Assembly: GCA_051362555.1 (NCBI GenBank)
Contig: CM120647.1
Coordinates: 868,001-932,000, forward strand
Direction: 5' to 3'
From: Lingula anatina
Taxonomy: Eukaryota; Animalia; Brachiopoda
Length of the DNA: 64,000 nt
Shown in pieces: positions 35,685 to 50,251 of the stretch (its first letter is position 1; the number at the start of each line of letters is the position of its first letter). The notes beneath the pieces are model-generated. The model did not search any database, was not told where the DNA came from, and was given only the letters and a program-made list of their open reading frames with translations. Position numbers and translations under genes: made by a program.

Positions 35685-35975
35685 CATAAGCCTGCCTCAC
35701 AAAATAACTTTAGCCCAAATACCGATCTAAAACTTTAAGACCAAAGCTTTAGCCTGCTTTGTCTCAACATAACTTAGAAGTAGTTCTATTGTAGAAAACA
35801 TTGCGTTTTATAAATATTAAATAAAGTTGATGATTAAAACAAATAAATAAACTCTGTTTAAGTGAACTACTTTCATGAACTTATCTAAAAGTGAAGCAGA
35901 CCAAAATCTTGGTCTTAGAGTTTAGACCAGTCTTCGGGCTAAAGTTTTTTTTTTTTTTTTTTTGTTATAATGGGC
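35685..35975. mobile_element. MITE remnant
   Basis: ~60-bp imperfect inverted arms: aactttagcccaaataccgatctaaaactttaagaccaa...gcctgctt / aagcagacc...ttggtcttagagtttagaccagtcttcgggctaaagtt. Confidence 0.6.
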
Positions 35976-36201
35976 CTTGGTCTTGAATTTTCCAGTAGAC
36001 GAAGGCTGCAGTCGTAAACACAGAAAACTCATCAACACTTCTGTCTAATCTCAAAATTTCACATCTGGCAGAACAAAAATAAAAGAGTTTCTTGTAATCG
36101 GACTTTGCACCAACCAAACAAATGCATACGCCGCACTTTGGGTGTTAGTTAGTGCAGATCTGTTATTCCACGAAAACTGCCTCGTTTTTAAGCATTCCAC
36201 A

Positions 36202-36247
<46 letters not shown>

Positions 36248-37070
36248 TTTGGGGAGTAAATGTGTGTATATGGAACCAAAATGAATGTTTTTTTTTTTTT
36301 TCTCGGGGACATTGCGCTTTTTACCTATTCTGCATTTGTGCATCCATGATGTGTCGATCACCGGCGATACTAAGGTTCTCTTCACAATGCTGTACGCTGT
36401 CAGAGGGGAACACAAAACACCTATCATCTAGCCTCCAGGAGGGAAAGCTAAGTGTTTTGTAACAGCACATAAAGTCCGAATAAGTTTGTTAAGTCTCTGA
36501 TCGACTTTGATCGTATCAAGACACTGCAGCGCGTTCATCATCTCATGATACATCTAAGACGGTACTGTATTATGTAACGAATCATTATATTACATGTACA
36601 TGATTGTATTTGTATATGGAGTTTGTACATGTATTAGTAAGTAGTATATATGGATGTGTATAGGTATATAACATTTATATAGTAATCTGAAATTATTGAC
36701 CCCACTTCAGTTTGCTAAAAAAGTAACCTCCTGCAAGAAGACGGAAGAATCAATAATGATATGGATAAATAACGTGCACAGATACACGATACCCGCAATC
36801 TGCGTCTCTCCGAGATCAAACAGTCAAATAGGGAACCGGACAGATACAAGCCTTTCTAATTAATACCCCGTTCACACTACGATTTGAAATATCCGAATTT
36901 CTGAAATTGTCTTGGTAATGAAGTGTTTTTAGTCTTGTTGTAAACTGAGGCAATCGATCAGCGACGCGGTATCTGGGGTAGTAAATGCCCGTTTTACACC
37001 ACATATTTCACACAGACATGTATACCATTAGCTCTTCAATTTAACCAGTTAGTCAGAAAGTGCTCTCTCT

Positions 37071-37347
37071 TTTAAGAAACTGGCTAGATGTACAGGAACA
37101 CAAAGTGCAAGTGCACTGTACCTAAATAATGCAACATGGCAGTTTTCACCAAAACACACGCCAGACCTACTAGGGCCTAAACTTGTATTCAACCAGCTCC
37201 ACCTCGTAACTTTAAGAAACTGGCTAGATGTACAGGACCACAAAGTGCAAGTGCACTGTACCTAAATAATGCAACATGGCAGTTTTCACCAAAACACACG
37301 CCAGACCTACTAGGGCCTAAACTTGTATCCAACCAGCTCCACCTCGT
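37071..37347. repeat. Recent 140-bp tandem duplication
   Basis: 37071-37210 and 37211-37347 are identical except for about 2 substitutions. Confidence 0.95.
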
Positions 37348-40300
37348 TCAAAATCCATTTTGAAACAGCACTCATCAACATAACTTCGTAACCTCCATCT
37401 TTAAAGCCACTATAAAGCACCTGTATGTACTACATGTAACACTAATCACAGAGCAATCATATCCGTTACCGCAATTAATTGGAAACATGTTCAGAACCGT
37501 AAATTTCCTTCCTGCAGGCAAGACCTACCTGTAGCGCCTCCAGTGACCTGTGTAACTTACCCACTGTGAAGGTCAAGTGTCTTGTAGTCGATACTGACAC
37601 GATACGACCGTCCCTTCGAGGCCTACCAGTCACGCCAACTGATACAGAGATACAGCAGATACTGTGGGATCTTCTCAGGCTTTTTAAAGATTGCCTTTTT
37701 GGCAATGAACGTAATAATATTTCACGCCAACAGTACTACTACCTAAAGCCGCTGTTGAGTGTTCTTAGCATTTTTCAGCGCGTTTCATGTACGCTGCAGA
37801 CCCTAGTGTGGACTATATCAAGACTCCATTGCCATAGTGTTACAGATGGTATGCATAACTATGGCCAAAATAAAATCGATTTTCAGAAAAGGAACTCGTC
37901 TCCCCATTGCCTACAGTCATAACAATCATACTTTATCACTTCTACTAAATTTCTCATAGACAAGCAACAGGATGATGGCTTCCAAACCTCTCCTGCTACT
38001 GTTCCTCTTTAAGGTTTGTTAATAACATTTTAATGTTACCTTAAAATTACCTGTAGTTCTTTACAAAAAGAAGACAACCATTCCTCAAGCAAGAAGATTT
38101 TCCGCCGGCTCGGGTACGAGTTTCTCTGAGCTGGAACGCGATGATGTGAAGCATTCAAAAAGACAAGATCCCAAAAGACTGACTTTTCATCAGGAAATAC
38201 AACGCTTGTGCATCTTATGTTAATCGACTCAAATCGTATAAAGGTCGCTTAAGATCAAAATAACACTTTCTGCGCATTAGCAAGAGCTGAGAAAACACGG
38301 CAAAGTTGTTGTCAGTTGTTGCTAAATAGATTTCGGGGTTAAAACAATGCATGACTTGAAACATTGTGTATTGTACCACCACAACAGCAACAACAGTAAC
38401 AGTCTTTAGTGGTTAGCGAGTGACAAAACAAACATTTGTGTTGGAATAATACAAGGAATAAAATACTTATCTACGCGTGTGTGTTTGCGTACTCACTGAC
38501 TGAAAATAAACAAGCCTGGAAAATGTACAGTCTTGTGACGTCTTCGTTTGGCAAGATAATGCTGATGACGACATATGAGATATAAGAGGACGGCGCACTG
38601 AGACAAGATGGCGACGCGTTTTCTCAACAAAAGTTGCGCCCTGGAAATAACCGGGAAGATGTACAAAGAGAAAAGTTGGCTGCCCATCGGCGCCGCTGCT
38701 GACCAGAAACTATTGTCTTGCCACAAACTGGAGAGACAATACGTTGATTGTGCCGACATCTATCGCACTTCATAGAAGACGATATCATACGTTTCAAGCT
38801 TACAAGTATCTTGTGAGGATCTTTGTATTACGCCATATGACGTGACGGAAATGACAATTATGCCATCTGAAATAACACAGATGTGAAAACAAACCCGGGT
38901 GTTATCCATTCATTGATGAAGGAACAATTGAAAAGAGTAAGGAAAAAAAGCACTAGCAAGTGCAGAAAAGACTAATAAAATAATATGAAAAAAAAAATCA
39001 AACGAAATAAACACGCACACACACACACGCGATTTGTCACCATTTTATAAGAAAAACATCGACAACTTCTTACTTTCTTTTGTTCTTCATTTTCAACCAA
39101 GTGCCTGATAAACTAAACAACAGGGCGTATCATTTCACAGAAACACGTTGTATTATTACCCCCAAATCACCACCATCATTCACCTAAATGGTCATTTAGA
39201 CAACCAACGTCGTTCAGAAATTTCTAAATCGGACTTTTCCTACGGCTCGGTCAGACTTCATAGTAAAATGCCACACCAGACGGCCAGTGAATGGAGAATA
39301 TAAATCACAATTTGGAGAAAATAATGTTACAGACTGGACGGATGGTCAACACATTTTCGTGCGTTTTCGCAATTTAGGTTATGCATTCAGGATGTTTTCT
39401 AGAACCTTGTCACATTTCGGACGACTGCTCTGTACCAGCGACGCGAACGTTTCATTAACACAAAATTATTCCTCTTTAACCCGTATATACATGTAAATTC
39501 TGTTTTCCTAAAATCACGATCAGTTTTACCAATATTACAGTTTAAAATCCGTTTTGGTCCACTGTCCCCATGTACGCATTTCAAAGTTGACGGACCAACA
39601 GAGACGGCATGGTTTTGTTTTCAGTCCCCGCCCCGCTTTCTACTCTTTAAACTCAAAAACTCTAGCAGAGCAATTTGTTGGTTTTTGGCAAATTAAAACC
39701 GTTTCAGACGACTTAGCAGGCCGCCAAGTCTTCGTCACTAAGACAGGGTCCCCGAGTGCACACTGACATTTTAAGGACAAAATACGCCAAGTCGGGGAAC
39801 GAAAATAGTTTTGTTCGAGAAGTTGCATGACCTTCTCATAAAATGGTTTTGCTGAAGTTCTGTTTACCAGTAGTTCGTGTTGTAACGAGCCACTTGGTTG
39901 ACTTAATCAGCAAACCTTCTAGGACTAAATTTCCAATCCATTAAAATAAATAAAACGTGCGCCCACGCATGTCTGGGTTCGCGAGTGTGTGTGTGTGTAT
40001 GTGTACGTGTGTTTATATGTGCGTGTGTGTGCGCGCACGCGTGTGTTTTTGGGTGTTTGCGTGTGTCTGTGCGTGTGCGTGTGTGTGTTAGCGGTAACTT
40101 CCACTCAGCAAATTAAACGGTTTGATATTTTTCCTTCTTTAACCATGTCTGTCTGAGTATTCACCGTCTGCAATATCTTGCCTTAAAAGATGTACCAATA
40201 AAAATGTTCGAAAGTTAGAATTAATGAGGAAAAAAAGAAAAGGGCGCCTCCACTTCGACAGACTATCGATACCTAAAATAAAAGCACCGTTTGCCCCCAC

Positions 40301-42041
40301 GTTTCACTTGATTGGGTTTGATCACACTGCTGTTTTACCTCCCTATATCACAGAAATACTTACAGAACTGGTTAGTGTTTCTAACCGCAACCCCCAGGGT
40401 CTAACAGCGAGTACAGTCGGATCCACACTTTGTACCGCATTTGAACTGAACTATTTACCATGGGTTTAAATACAGAGCTGAATTTTAGGACAATCATCTT
40501 AACTTCGCAACAGGTTGCCCCTATTGCAGATTTTAATGAGTTTGATTAAGTGACTGCGGTTAGTAGCAGTGTCACCAACACTACATGTATGAGGACAGCG
40601 TCGCGGAGTCGTCTCGGTTACATTAGGTGAAGACGGTATATAATGAACGCTTTCAACTCTGTGCTACACTCAAGACACGTTGTTCACGTAACTGTCGATG
40701 ATCCACCATTGAATTGACTTAAAACCATACCAGGTACCCAAATTACAGTTACAAAGTTAATACCAGATACCAGGTACTCAAATTACGAAGTTTATAAGGT
40801 ACAGAAAGAAAAACTACGCACACCGACAACAATAGGGGTTGTCTTGGCGGTCATCTGTTTTCATTCCCACCATCATTTTTTTATTCACAAGTCTAGAAAG
40901 CGTACCCTGAAGGGGAGGTAGTAAGGAGGGTAGTGCCCTATGTATACTTCTGAAACATAATAAAAATGATGATCCAAATCGCTGTCAAAGGTAATCATTT
41001 TTAGCTATCTTTCTTGTACTTGACCTTGAAGACTGACTATTCGTAACAACGACGGTGGTTCATAAAACCCCTTGAAAAGATCCAAGAATGACAAAAAATA
41101 TGCAGTCAAGATAATAATGAAATAAAATGAAGAAATAGAATAGCGCTAATTTCATGTTAGTCAAAGTAAGTGAACAAATGAATATAACACATCAATTTAA
41201 ATCAAATGTAATTCTCTATTGTAATTCTCTATAGTCCAAATGATCTTTAAAGCACACACATGGTGACTGTCTATGAGTCGCAAATGTTGTTGCACAAGAA
41301 AATATTATGCTTCCCACCGGACCAAAAGATGATGAGTTCTGCAATTGGAAAAAAAAAGCACGATCGAAGAACGCACGGTCAAATGACTTTTGGTAAAAAA
41401 TGAACTGATTACGGTTGCGAAAGAAATATGTTAAGGTCACCAAGTAACTTCAATAAATAAAAAATACGCACATAGTTTTCATTACTTTCACTTAAGCACC
41501 TAAAAGCCTTCAGTGTGACACTACCGTGAAACGAAAAAACTCCCGAAAACATTGCTACTATAAGTAACATATGTTTTTATACGTTAGGAGATCACGTATC
41601 AGCCGTGTAAATAATACTGAATAAAGAGCACATATGGCAAAAATCGGGAACAAATCCTCAAGGACTCCTTCTTTCTATGCTAAAATAAACACACATATTT
41701 ATGTCCCGATTAGCTGGGTAAGGAAGTCAGAAAATGAAATAAATGCACGAGGCGATCAGTCAATTGTTTGTGCACGTGTAAGGTTCAATAACCGGTCAGT
41801 TTTGTATAATAATCAATTTGATCATTCATCTGACTCCGGTGTTCGTCGTGTATGATAGCACTGCTAACGTTATCTATGCGAGGTCATGTTCTGAGGGTTT
41901 GTTTGTAGGCATACTACATCATTATGTAAAACATTTTAGTTCAGTGAGAAATTAAACCGACATGAACCTTTGAGATAACTCTCTCACACAAACACTCTCT
42001 CTCACACAGGCACACTCCTCTTTCACTCTCTCTCTCTCTCA

Positions 42042-42080
<39 letters not shown>

Positions 42081-43860
42081 GTTTAGGAGCGCATCCTGAC
42101 AAAAAATTCAAATAATTTGAAACAAAGGGTCATCCGTCATGTGGCGTCCTGCAGAGGCAGACCACTTCAAATGACATCTCTACTCAATTACCGACAAAAT
42201 GGTCTTTTTCTTAGAAAAGCAAGAAGAAAATTATGCATTTTCAGAAAATTCGAACCGCTTAAAGTTTCTTTGTTACTCAACGAACGATAACCATAAATAA
42301 AGAATTCATTCTATTTAAATCTTTAAAACATGCCCTCCGACTGCGGATAAAAATCTGAAATTGTTGCAAAATTGGGGCAATTCGCCGCACCCACTAACTG
42401 AAGAGTATTGTCGTGATAGCAAAGATATATATATACCAGTCGTACACAGGAGGTTCAAGGCACAGTTTTTACGGTTACAAGGTGCAACAAGTTCGCCCTG
42501 TCTCTTAGCATACCTTTGTGGCAGGAATAGAAATTAATGTATGTAAATGTTGTGCCGTATTTCTAGCTGTAAGTGGTAGCACCGTCAGCACGAGACAATC
42601 TCTGGCATAGAACAATTGCAAATTTAACGCATTTTATAACTTTCTCATGAGTTCATTGTACTCCTATTAAAAATGTGTAAAAAAGAAACGAGACCGTCGC
42701 AATACCCATGCGCAGAAGATAGACCAGCTTCGCCACCTACATCATAAGAATTGATGAGCAGGTGGATATGTGCTGGGCTGACGACTGATGACGTCACTTA
42801 GACCAGGTTTAACTTCTCTAAAGCTCTGTAACGTCGGTGTGAGTGGAAATTTACATGCAGACAGAAAAAAACGTTATGCCATACTAGATGCAGAAAGTTA
42901 AATTCATTAACATATCTTGTAGGTTGGAAAAATATAATGGGAAAGTGAAGACTATTAATCGTATATGGTGGCTTAAAAAAGACCGAGCTTGAAAAAGGCC
43001 TTTGATTAACGTACAAATTGGGTTCTAACATTCGGTGCATTTTTTGTATACACTCAAAAGCTATATACATAATGTCACTATGTTGTGTAAGTGCAATCTA
43101 ACCCCCAACACGTCAAGTGTACTGTACTATTTTAACATCATAATATCCCCTTTTGTTTGGGTTGCTGAAGTTCTGAGAAGGTACAATTTCTCCAGTCTAT
43201 GTAGCTATCATATCATAACAGAATTCTGGCCAGTGAAATATGTGAGTAAAGTTCACAAACGCTCCAAAGGTTCTACCTCGACCAATTTGTCGACCAATAA
43301 AACACTAGCAATATCCCGACTCTCTGTGCTCGGCTGCTAATACATTAACACATTTTGTCTAAGCTAGCCTATACGCCGTTGTGTGCGTTCGTGTGCGTGC
43401 ACGTTCCGTATAATCCTTTAAAAAATCTGAACTGTGCGTTCTGGAGTCACGTCCGTGTTATATTGGCAGCGTTTTAAAGAACCCACTGGCGTGCCAGCTC
43501 AGAGTATATCGTTTAGGGGGGTCTCCGGGGCCATGTATTGATTTATTCCCCTAATTGCGGAGATTATTATTATTGATGGCAGTCTCGCTCCGAGTAACAC
43601 TATACCAGACGTCTGCTGTCTGGGGAGGCTGGGAACGTGTGTGTGTGTGTGTGTGTGCGCGTGTGCGTGCGTGTGTGTGTATTATTGAGTGCGTGTGTGT
43701 GTGTGTGTGTGTGTGTGTACGCGTGTGTTTGTGTTAGTGTGCGTGTATTAGAATGTGTTTGTGTGCGCGCGTGTGTATAAGTGTGTGCGTGTGTATTTGT
43801 GTTCGTGTGAGTGTATTAGAATGTGTGTGTGTGCGCATGTGTACGTGTGTGTTTGTGTGT

Positions 43861-43901
<41 letters not shown>

Positions 43902-44316
43902 GGGGGGGGGAGGATAACAAGTAAAGGTGAGACAGAAGAGATCAAAGCGTTGGGCCGGTAAATCTACTATTGCACATACATATGAACACTGACACAGTTA
44001 TATAACATTAGTCGTCTATCTCTATAGCTGTCAACTGTAAGTCTTTAATTATAGACAGTTGTATTGTAAATATACCTGAGAAGGTGTTATACAGCGTCCC
44101 TCATTAACAACATAACCCTCACCCTCACCCTGTCTCTCACACATCCCCGCGGTACTCGTCAATTACAGACCACATACGGCATACCTGACGTTGTAAATCA
44201 CTGGGGTTAATGAATAGTTCGTCAGGTGTAAGTTCAACCCGGTAGTAATCGGGACCTGACCCGTGTTTGGCCCGCATTCTCAGAACAAATGGGGTTGGTG
44301 CCCTTACAATGTGTGT

Positions 44317-44474
44317 CAGGGCCGTAGCCTGAGCAAAATGACAGGGGGGGCAGTAAGCGGACACGAGGGGGCAAAGCCCCCGAAGGGGGAGGGGTGTCCC
44401 CCTACCAGTGTGGAAAATTCTAAATCCCAGGGGGGGGCAGCTGCCCCCCTGCCCCCCTGGAGGCTACGGCCCTG
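44317..44474. mobile_element. Short GC-rich MITE (CAGGG...CCCTG ends, hAT-like)
   Basis: Perfect 13-bp TIR cagggccgtagcc / ggctacggccctg with an internal gggggcagctgccccc palindrome. The TSD is obscured by a TG repeat. Confidence 0.7.
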
Positions 44475-46171
44475 TGTGTGAATGGAGAAATCATTCAAAT
44501 GTGGGTTGTTTTAGACGGTTATGTGTGTGTGTGTGTGTGTGTGAAATGTGGGCTGTTTCAGACGGCTATGTGTTTGTAAATGTAGAGATGTAGGGCGGCT
44601 ATTGTCGTATGAAAACTTGGATAGTTCTCCGTGTTCAAATGGCATTTCACATTTATTTACTTATTTAATTTTGTTCTACATGGAGAGCATATAATGCTTT
44701 TAGCGCTTTGCCGCCATTTCTTTGAAAAAAACATTGTTAAAAATTCCAATTTGTAGCAAGTCTTCACTGTTGTCGCTTCTAAATATTTCCGAGCTTCTGG
44801 CGCCCGTATTTTAGTCCATTTGATTCAGTATATACATGTATTTTATCTTCAAATCACATTTTAAAGTTCTCAACACTGCAAAATTAATGTAAACTTTTGC
44901 CCCTAGTAACAAAGCATTTCTCGGTTGATCTTGGATCTAGATGCATGCAGCGAGTGACGTGAAACAATGTCAGTAATTAGACCGAAACACATAGATCATT
45001 TGGCGTGCTTAGCAACCTTAACCGGCACCTTGTCTCACCCCACGAAATAGCATTGAGACTGAATCCGATACAAACCCGCAAGCATCCATATGTCATGTAG
45101 ACGCTGATAGAAGACAGTGCCTTTAAGAAAATGACAGAAGCTATTAAGACAAAGACCAAACACAAAATAGAATGAAGCCACAAAGACGCCATTTCGAAGC
45201 CAAGGTTGTCAGAGAAATATGTTACACCTGTCAAGAATTCACCTGAGGGTTTGTGTTGTAAGCGGCGTCCATGCAAGTGAATACCACTGCGTTATACAAG
45301 TTAGCTGGGAAGCAATGTTCCCGTATCTTTACCCCTCGGCTGCCTGCTATGCCGTGTACGATCACATTTCATAGACATTAACCTACATCATGCAACAATG
45401 TGATGATAGGATAAAATATTTATAGAAGATTCCATTTCTTCCAATATAATAGTTAAAGTGTCTTCCGGAAAGATGCAATAAAATGTATATATGTCTATAC
45501 ACTGCTAAAGTATCCAAGTCCGCATTTAGCACTATCTTTGTATTTTATCTTATAATAAATCATTTTATATCATGGTTTATATCAATATTGTTAACTTAAT
45601 ATTGTTATATTAATATTGTAAACTTTCCTCCGCATCCTTTGTTTATAATAATGAACGTAATATTGCATTCCTGAGTTATGGGAAAATGTAATAGATGTAC
45701 AAAAGTTGTTGTCAGTGCCAGAGATACATGTAGATGTACTTAATGGTTATTTTATACAGCGTCTTCAGCTGACGGCTATCTGAACACATTCCTAGGCAAG
45801 TATCCGCGTGAGAGAGGGTGCTGGCAGCCGCTAGTCAAAGGATAGGAATTCTGGGCAGATAGTACGGTATGGGGGACTCATACACCTGGTACATGTGAAG
45901 TCTGTATGGAGAGAGACTCATTGCTCGCACGTGGTAGAATTACCAGTGACTACATACATTGCGTCATCAATGTGTTTTTTATCATTAAGTATATTGTGAT
46001 TTATACAGAGATATAAGCAACTTAAACAAGGACGCTACTTTGTATCATTCCACTTCCCATTCAGTGGGTGTAAAGTAATAAGTGCGAACCCAGTGGCAAC
46101 ATGTTATTGAAGCTTTCCCAGTCTGAGACGATCTAATGAATCAAATCCGATAAAAACTGGGCACACTGCCC

Positions 46172-46209
<38 letters not shown>

Positions 46210-49200
46210 ACAGTACGGTGTACAAGGCAGCCTTCAGGCTTTCTACACTACAGCAGCAGTACTAACCTCGGTGATAGCGTTGCTGGATTTTTCCGGTGGT
46301 CGTGGAGGCATGGCGAGACAGACGGTAAGACGAGGTGAAGATCAGCGCTCTGTCCCTAGAGGAAATCTCAGGTCAAGCTCCGGGAAGGTCGACGTGACCG
46401 AGAAGGTGAACGGTGGCTCCGGGGACGTATAGAATACAGTAGACGGCTTAAGTCCCTCCAGGGAAACTTATGGTCACTACCCAAGTGATTACTGGGGCTG
46501 GTCACTACGATATATGACCGGTACAGAGACCTGGCTTGACCGTTAGGTTAACTCTGACGTCAGGATATCTGCCGGGATTAAATGGGGAGCGCTCACTATG
46601 ACCGCGTGGACTCGATGATGCTGTATTTGTGCCCGAGAGAGGAAAATTTAGATTTTTCTTCTCAGTAATGTCCTTTTGTGGGTCACTCGCCGGTGGTCAA
46701 GCCGCGACAGCCACACTAGTTTTCCAAGAACGAGAAGACCGCCGAGTCCGTAAAACTCAAAAACAGGCTTCAGATTCCTTAAAAAATACCCCAAGTCCAG
46801 ATGGGAAATAAATTTTCCTCCTGCGTTGTTCTGTCTTTACGACCTGCTATTGTGAAAGGGAATAATTCATCTGCCGTGTTGTAGTCGCCACCACTCCCTG
46901 GCTCTCACTCCTACTATGAGTCTGTCTATGACTCTGCCTGCATTCTTACAAACGTTAGCTACTCTTTACACACGTGGTGAAACAATCAAAAAGTTCAGCG
47001 TGGTAAACAACCGCAAACTTCTACCGGCCAAAATACTTGAGACGGACGACTGGGGGGAAATATGTAAACGTTAAGTCCAATGAGACTTATTAAAGACCTT
47101 AAAACCACGCTGGCAAAATTTGGAATAGTTTTCCTTAATTGCCCACTTTCTTTCTGTTAAGATCAAGACGGTGGAATCTACCAGAAAATGCCCAACTATT
47201 TCTTTCACGACTAGTTCCAGTGAGAATACGCACAGCTTCTTTGAAATATTGTCTTTGATTTCTAGTAAAATGCTGGTTAAATATTTCCAGGAAAGAATTC
47301 CCCGAAATTGGTGAATATATTTACTTTGAGATGTAAGCGCCTGAAGATATCGCCTGATTCTTTTTCTCCCTATGGAAATATTGATGCGCTTGAAGATTAC
47401 TCCGGACTTCTAGAACTACTTACTGCACTCCGGGAAACGAGGACGAAGTGATCTCGTTGTTCGAGTACAAGTAAACGTTTTTCTAAAAAACACTGATAAA
47501 AAGCACAGTGACTGGAAAAAACCCGGCGTGTATCCCGTATTTAGCTTTCCTCTCGGAGGTCAAACGTATCGTAGTTTCCGATTATAAGGTCACTCCCACT
47601 GAGTTAGCAACCAAATCCATTTCTTCCGTTCCTCGGCTTGTGCGACCTAGTTGTCGTTTTCACCATTGAGAGAATGTGATCCATTTCAGTGAGCATGCGC
47701 AGTTGAGAACACTCTGCCGTTTTTATTGGGTAACAGACGCCGTGCGGAATGAGGTCAGAGTCGTTGTTCATTTCACGGTAAATTCCAAGCTGCACTCACA
47801 CCCTCACTTCTACAGCTGGGAGAGAAAGTTCGGGCACTTTGCTGCAACTGGAGCACAACAAACGATAAAGATCTGCCACACGTGTGTGCCGTGTAGTTGG
47901 CTTACTGATCTACCGGGTGTAGAATGAGATATGTTTATGTTAGTCATCCTGTCGTATTTCACATGAAATAAGTTTTAAACAAATCTATATCAGAAACAGT
48001 TAATTTAACTGCACAGAATGAGAGTGTGAGTGAGGAAATCACATTTGTTGCATTGTTTTTTTCTAAGTTTAAAATACAAATACAAGATTATAATAATTTG
48101 ACACGGCAAAAGTTCGTTATCCACTGTCAATGTTATTGCTGTAAATCGCGCTCAATTCTGATGGTAGATTAAAAACAATAAAATATAATTAATAAAAAGA
48201 AAAGGATAAAAATCATATTTGAATTACAAAATATGCATATAGTATGTGGAGAACCTCACTGTAAAAAGGGCGGCAGCTGGATAATTTTTGCAGTGAGTTA
48301 AAAACATATAAAGAAATTTCACTATTGATTTTTTTATTGTAATTAATTTTTTGTAAGAATTAAGCTGTTTTTATTTATCATTTTATTTGTAATTTGGTTT
48401 TTAGTTAAAAATTAGGCCGTTTTGTTAACCAAGAATCTTAATCTTTCCTAATATTTTTGTTACATATCTTGGTTATTGTGCTTTAAGTACGAATTTTTAT
48501 GTTAAGTCTAATGAACATTTTTAAAATGGATTTTAGACTTAAAATAAATTTATGTTAATTATCAAATACACTTTTTTTTGTAATTGTTAGCGCAATCATG
48601 CAACCGATAACATCATATAAACTTGTGTATCATTAAAATCAATAAAACCAATAAAACACCAGACACGCTCACAAAAAGTATGAAATAAAAATTAATAAAT
48701 GAAACTGAATGGTTAACAGCCAGTGAAAACATACATCTCTCCCCATATTTAGTGTTCCCAGTGTACGCCCAAGAATTCCTGGCGAACTCACCGTGCCAGT
48801 AACTAACACTACACATTCCCGCCACTAGTAGACATTTTCTTGGGATTTGCCACCCTGGGAGACACGCTTACATTTCTGACGCAGTCTGAAGTCTTGTATG
48901 AGCTACATGTACCTTAATTAAATGATTTAAAATACCTATATGTGCCTTGTTTGGATCGAAAGGGAAGAGCAACATCAAACATAAAAAAACACACAAATTG
49001 AAATCGCGCTAATTTCTTATACGACTTATTCCACACTGTAATCCCAAGCATGCAAAGGTAGACAAAGAGACAATGTTTCCATACAATATCTCCATGGCAA
49101 CGAGTAACAATCTCCTGGCTACGATCCCCATACTGACTACTAAAACTATGATAATCCAGCCCATGTAACCAAGATATGCGTAAGAAACCTGATATATATT

Positions 49201-49996
49201 TTACAATAATTATGTAACAAGAAACATCTAGTCGCTTGCATAACCAGCACAAGGGTTGTGTCAGACATGAGAGAAGAGAAAACCTGGCCGTGTTGTTAAA
49301 GAGCAGGTAATAGTAATATGATATTCAGGGTAAAATGGCCTGATCCTCGGTAAATGTCAGACACACGGGCGCGCACTATGGGGTCAATATTTATATCGGC
49401 ACAAGTGCGCGAACGGGTGCAGAGGCGAGTCCAAGTGCGCGGGAAGCTGTTACAGGCAAGTCTGACTCAGTGCGAGCGACGGACGTGACTGGCTCACTTG
49501 GTATTTTTAGTACGCAATGTTATTTTTCTTGACTAATTTTTTTCTGGCTGTTTTGATTTAGTACACACAACTTCATTCCTGATGAGCCTCCCTCACCTGG
49601 ATGGTGTTGGAGACATTTATGATTTATGCCACCATTCTTTTATTGATTTTAAATAATTCATATATTTTACTTTTCCTCTCTTGATTAGTTTTACTCTATC
49701 TCTCTTTCTCTCTCGTATTCACACTTATGCTGCATTATTCCAGTGCATCCAGCACAAACATGATTACCTCAGAACACAACACATTTGCCTCCAGACAAAA
49801 TCAATAGACATAATAGTCAACTGCTGAGCTCACAGACACTATTTTTACCCATCTTCTAATGATTTTATCTCTTCAAGCAGTGGCCTGATCTTCCCAGTCA
49901 GGCCATTCTCTCAGATCGAATCATAAAGTGAGACGTGTTTGTTGTTAAATATCGGGGCGCTGCAAGCATCGATCCAACGATATTTTAGCTATTTAA

Positions 49997-50251
49997 TTCC
50001 CCTGCGAAAATTTGTTTCATGTCACGCTCACTTACGGTTCTCAGTCTGTCCTAGAACATAGTGATTTTCTCTTTTAAAAAAAAAATTCTTAATCTGTTCT
50101 CGGACATTCCGAAGGATTTCCCAAAACAGTTCTTGAACTGTTACATTCATTACAGAACAACATTAGAACTGTAAAAAATATACACCAAATGTTCTAGAAT
50201 AGATTGAGAACCGTAAGTGAACGTTAAATGAGACAAATTTTTGCAGGGGAA
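49997..50251. mobile_element. MITE with ~60-bp TIRs
   Basis: ttcccctgcgaaaatttgtttcat...tcacttacggttctca...ctagaacat / atgttctag...tgagaaccgtaagtga...atgagacaaatttttgcaggggaa. Confidence 0.75.

Noticed and set aside
36320-37700. Possible exon-like pieces on the - strand (donors near 36323, 37535 and 37558)
   Set aside because: No frame-consistent chain or recognisable protein could be built.
42722-42779. Imperfect hairpin (ccagc/ccacct/catca stems) as pre-miRNA or SECIS
   Set aside because: Too many large internal loops, and no SECIS core or recognised miRNA sequence.
49578-49620. CTGATGAG as a hammerhead ribozyme core
   Set aside because: No stem II followed by GAAA and no stem I/III partners.
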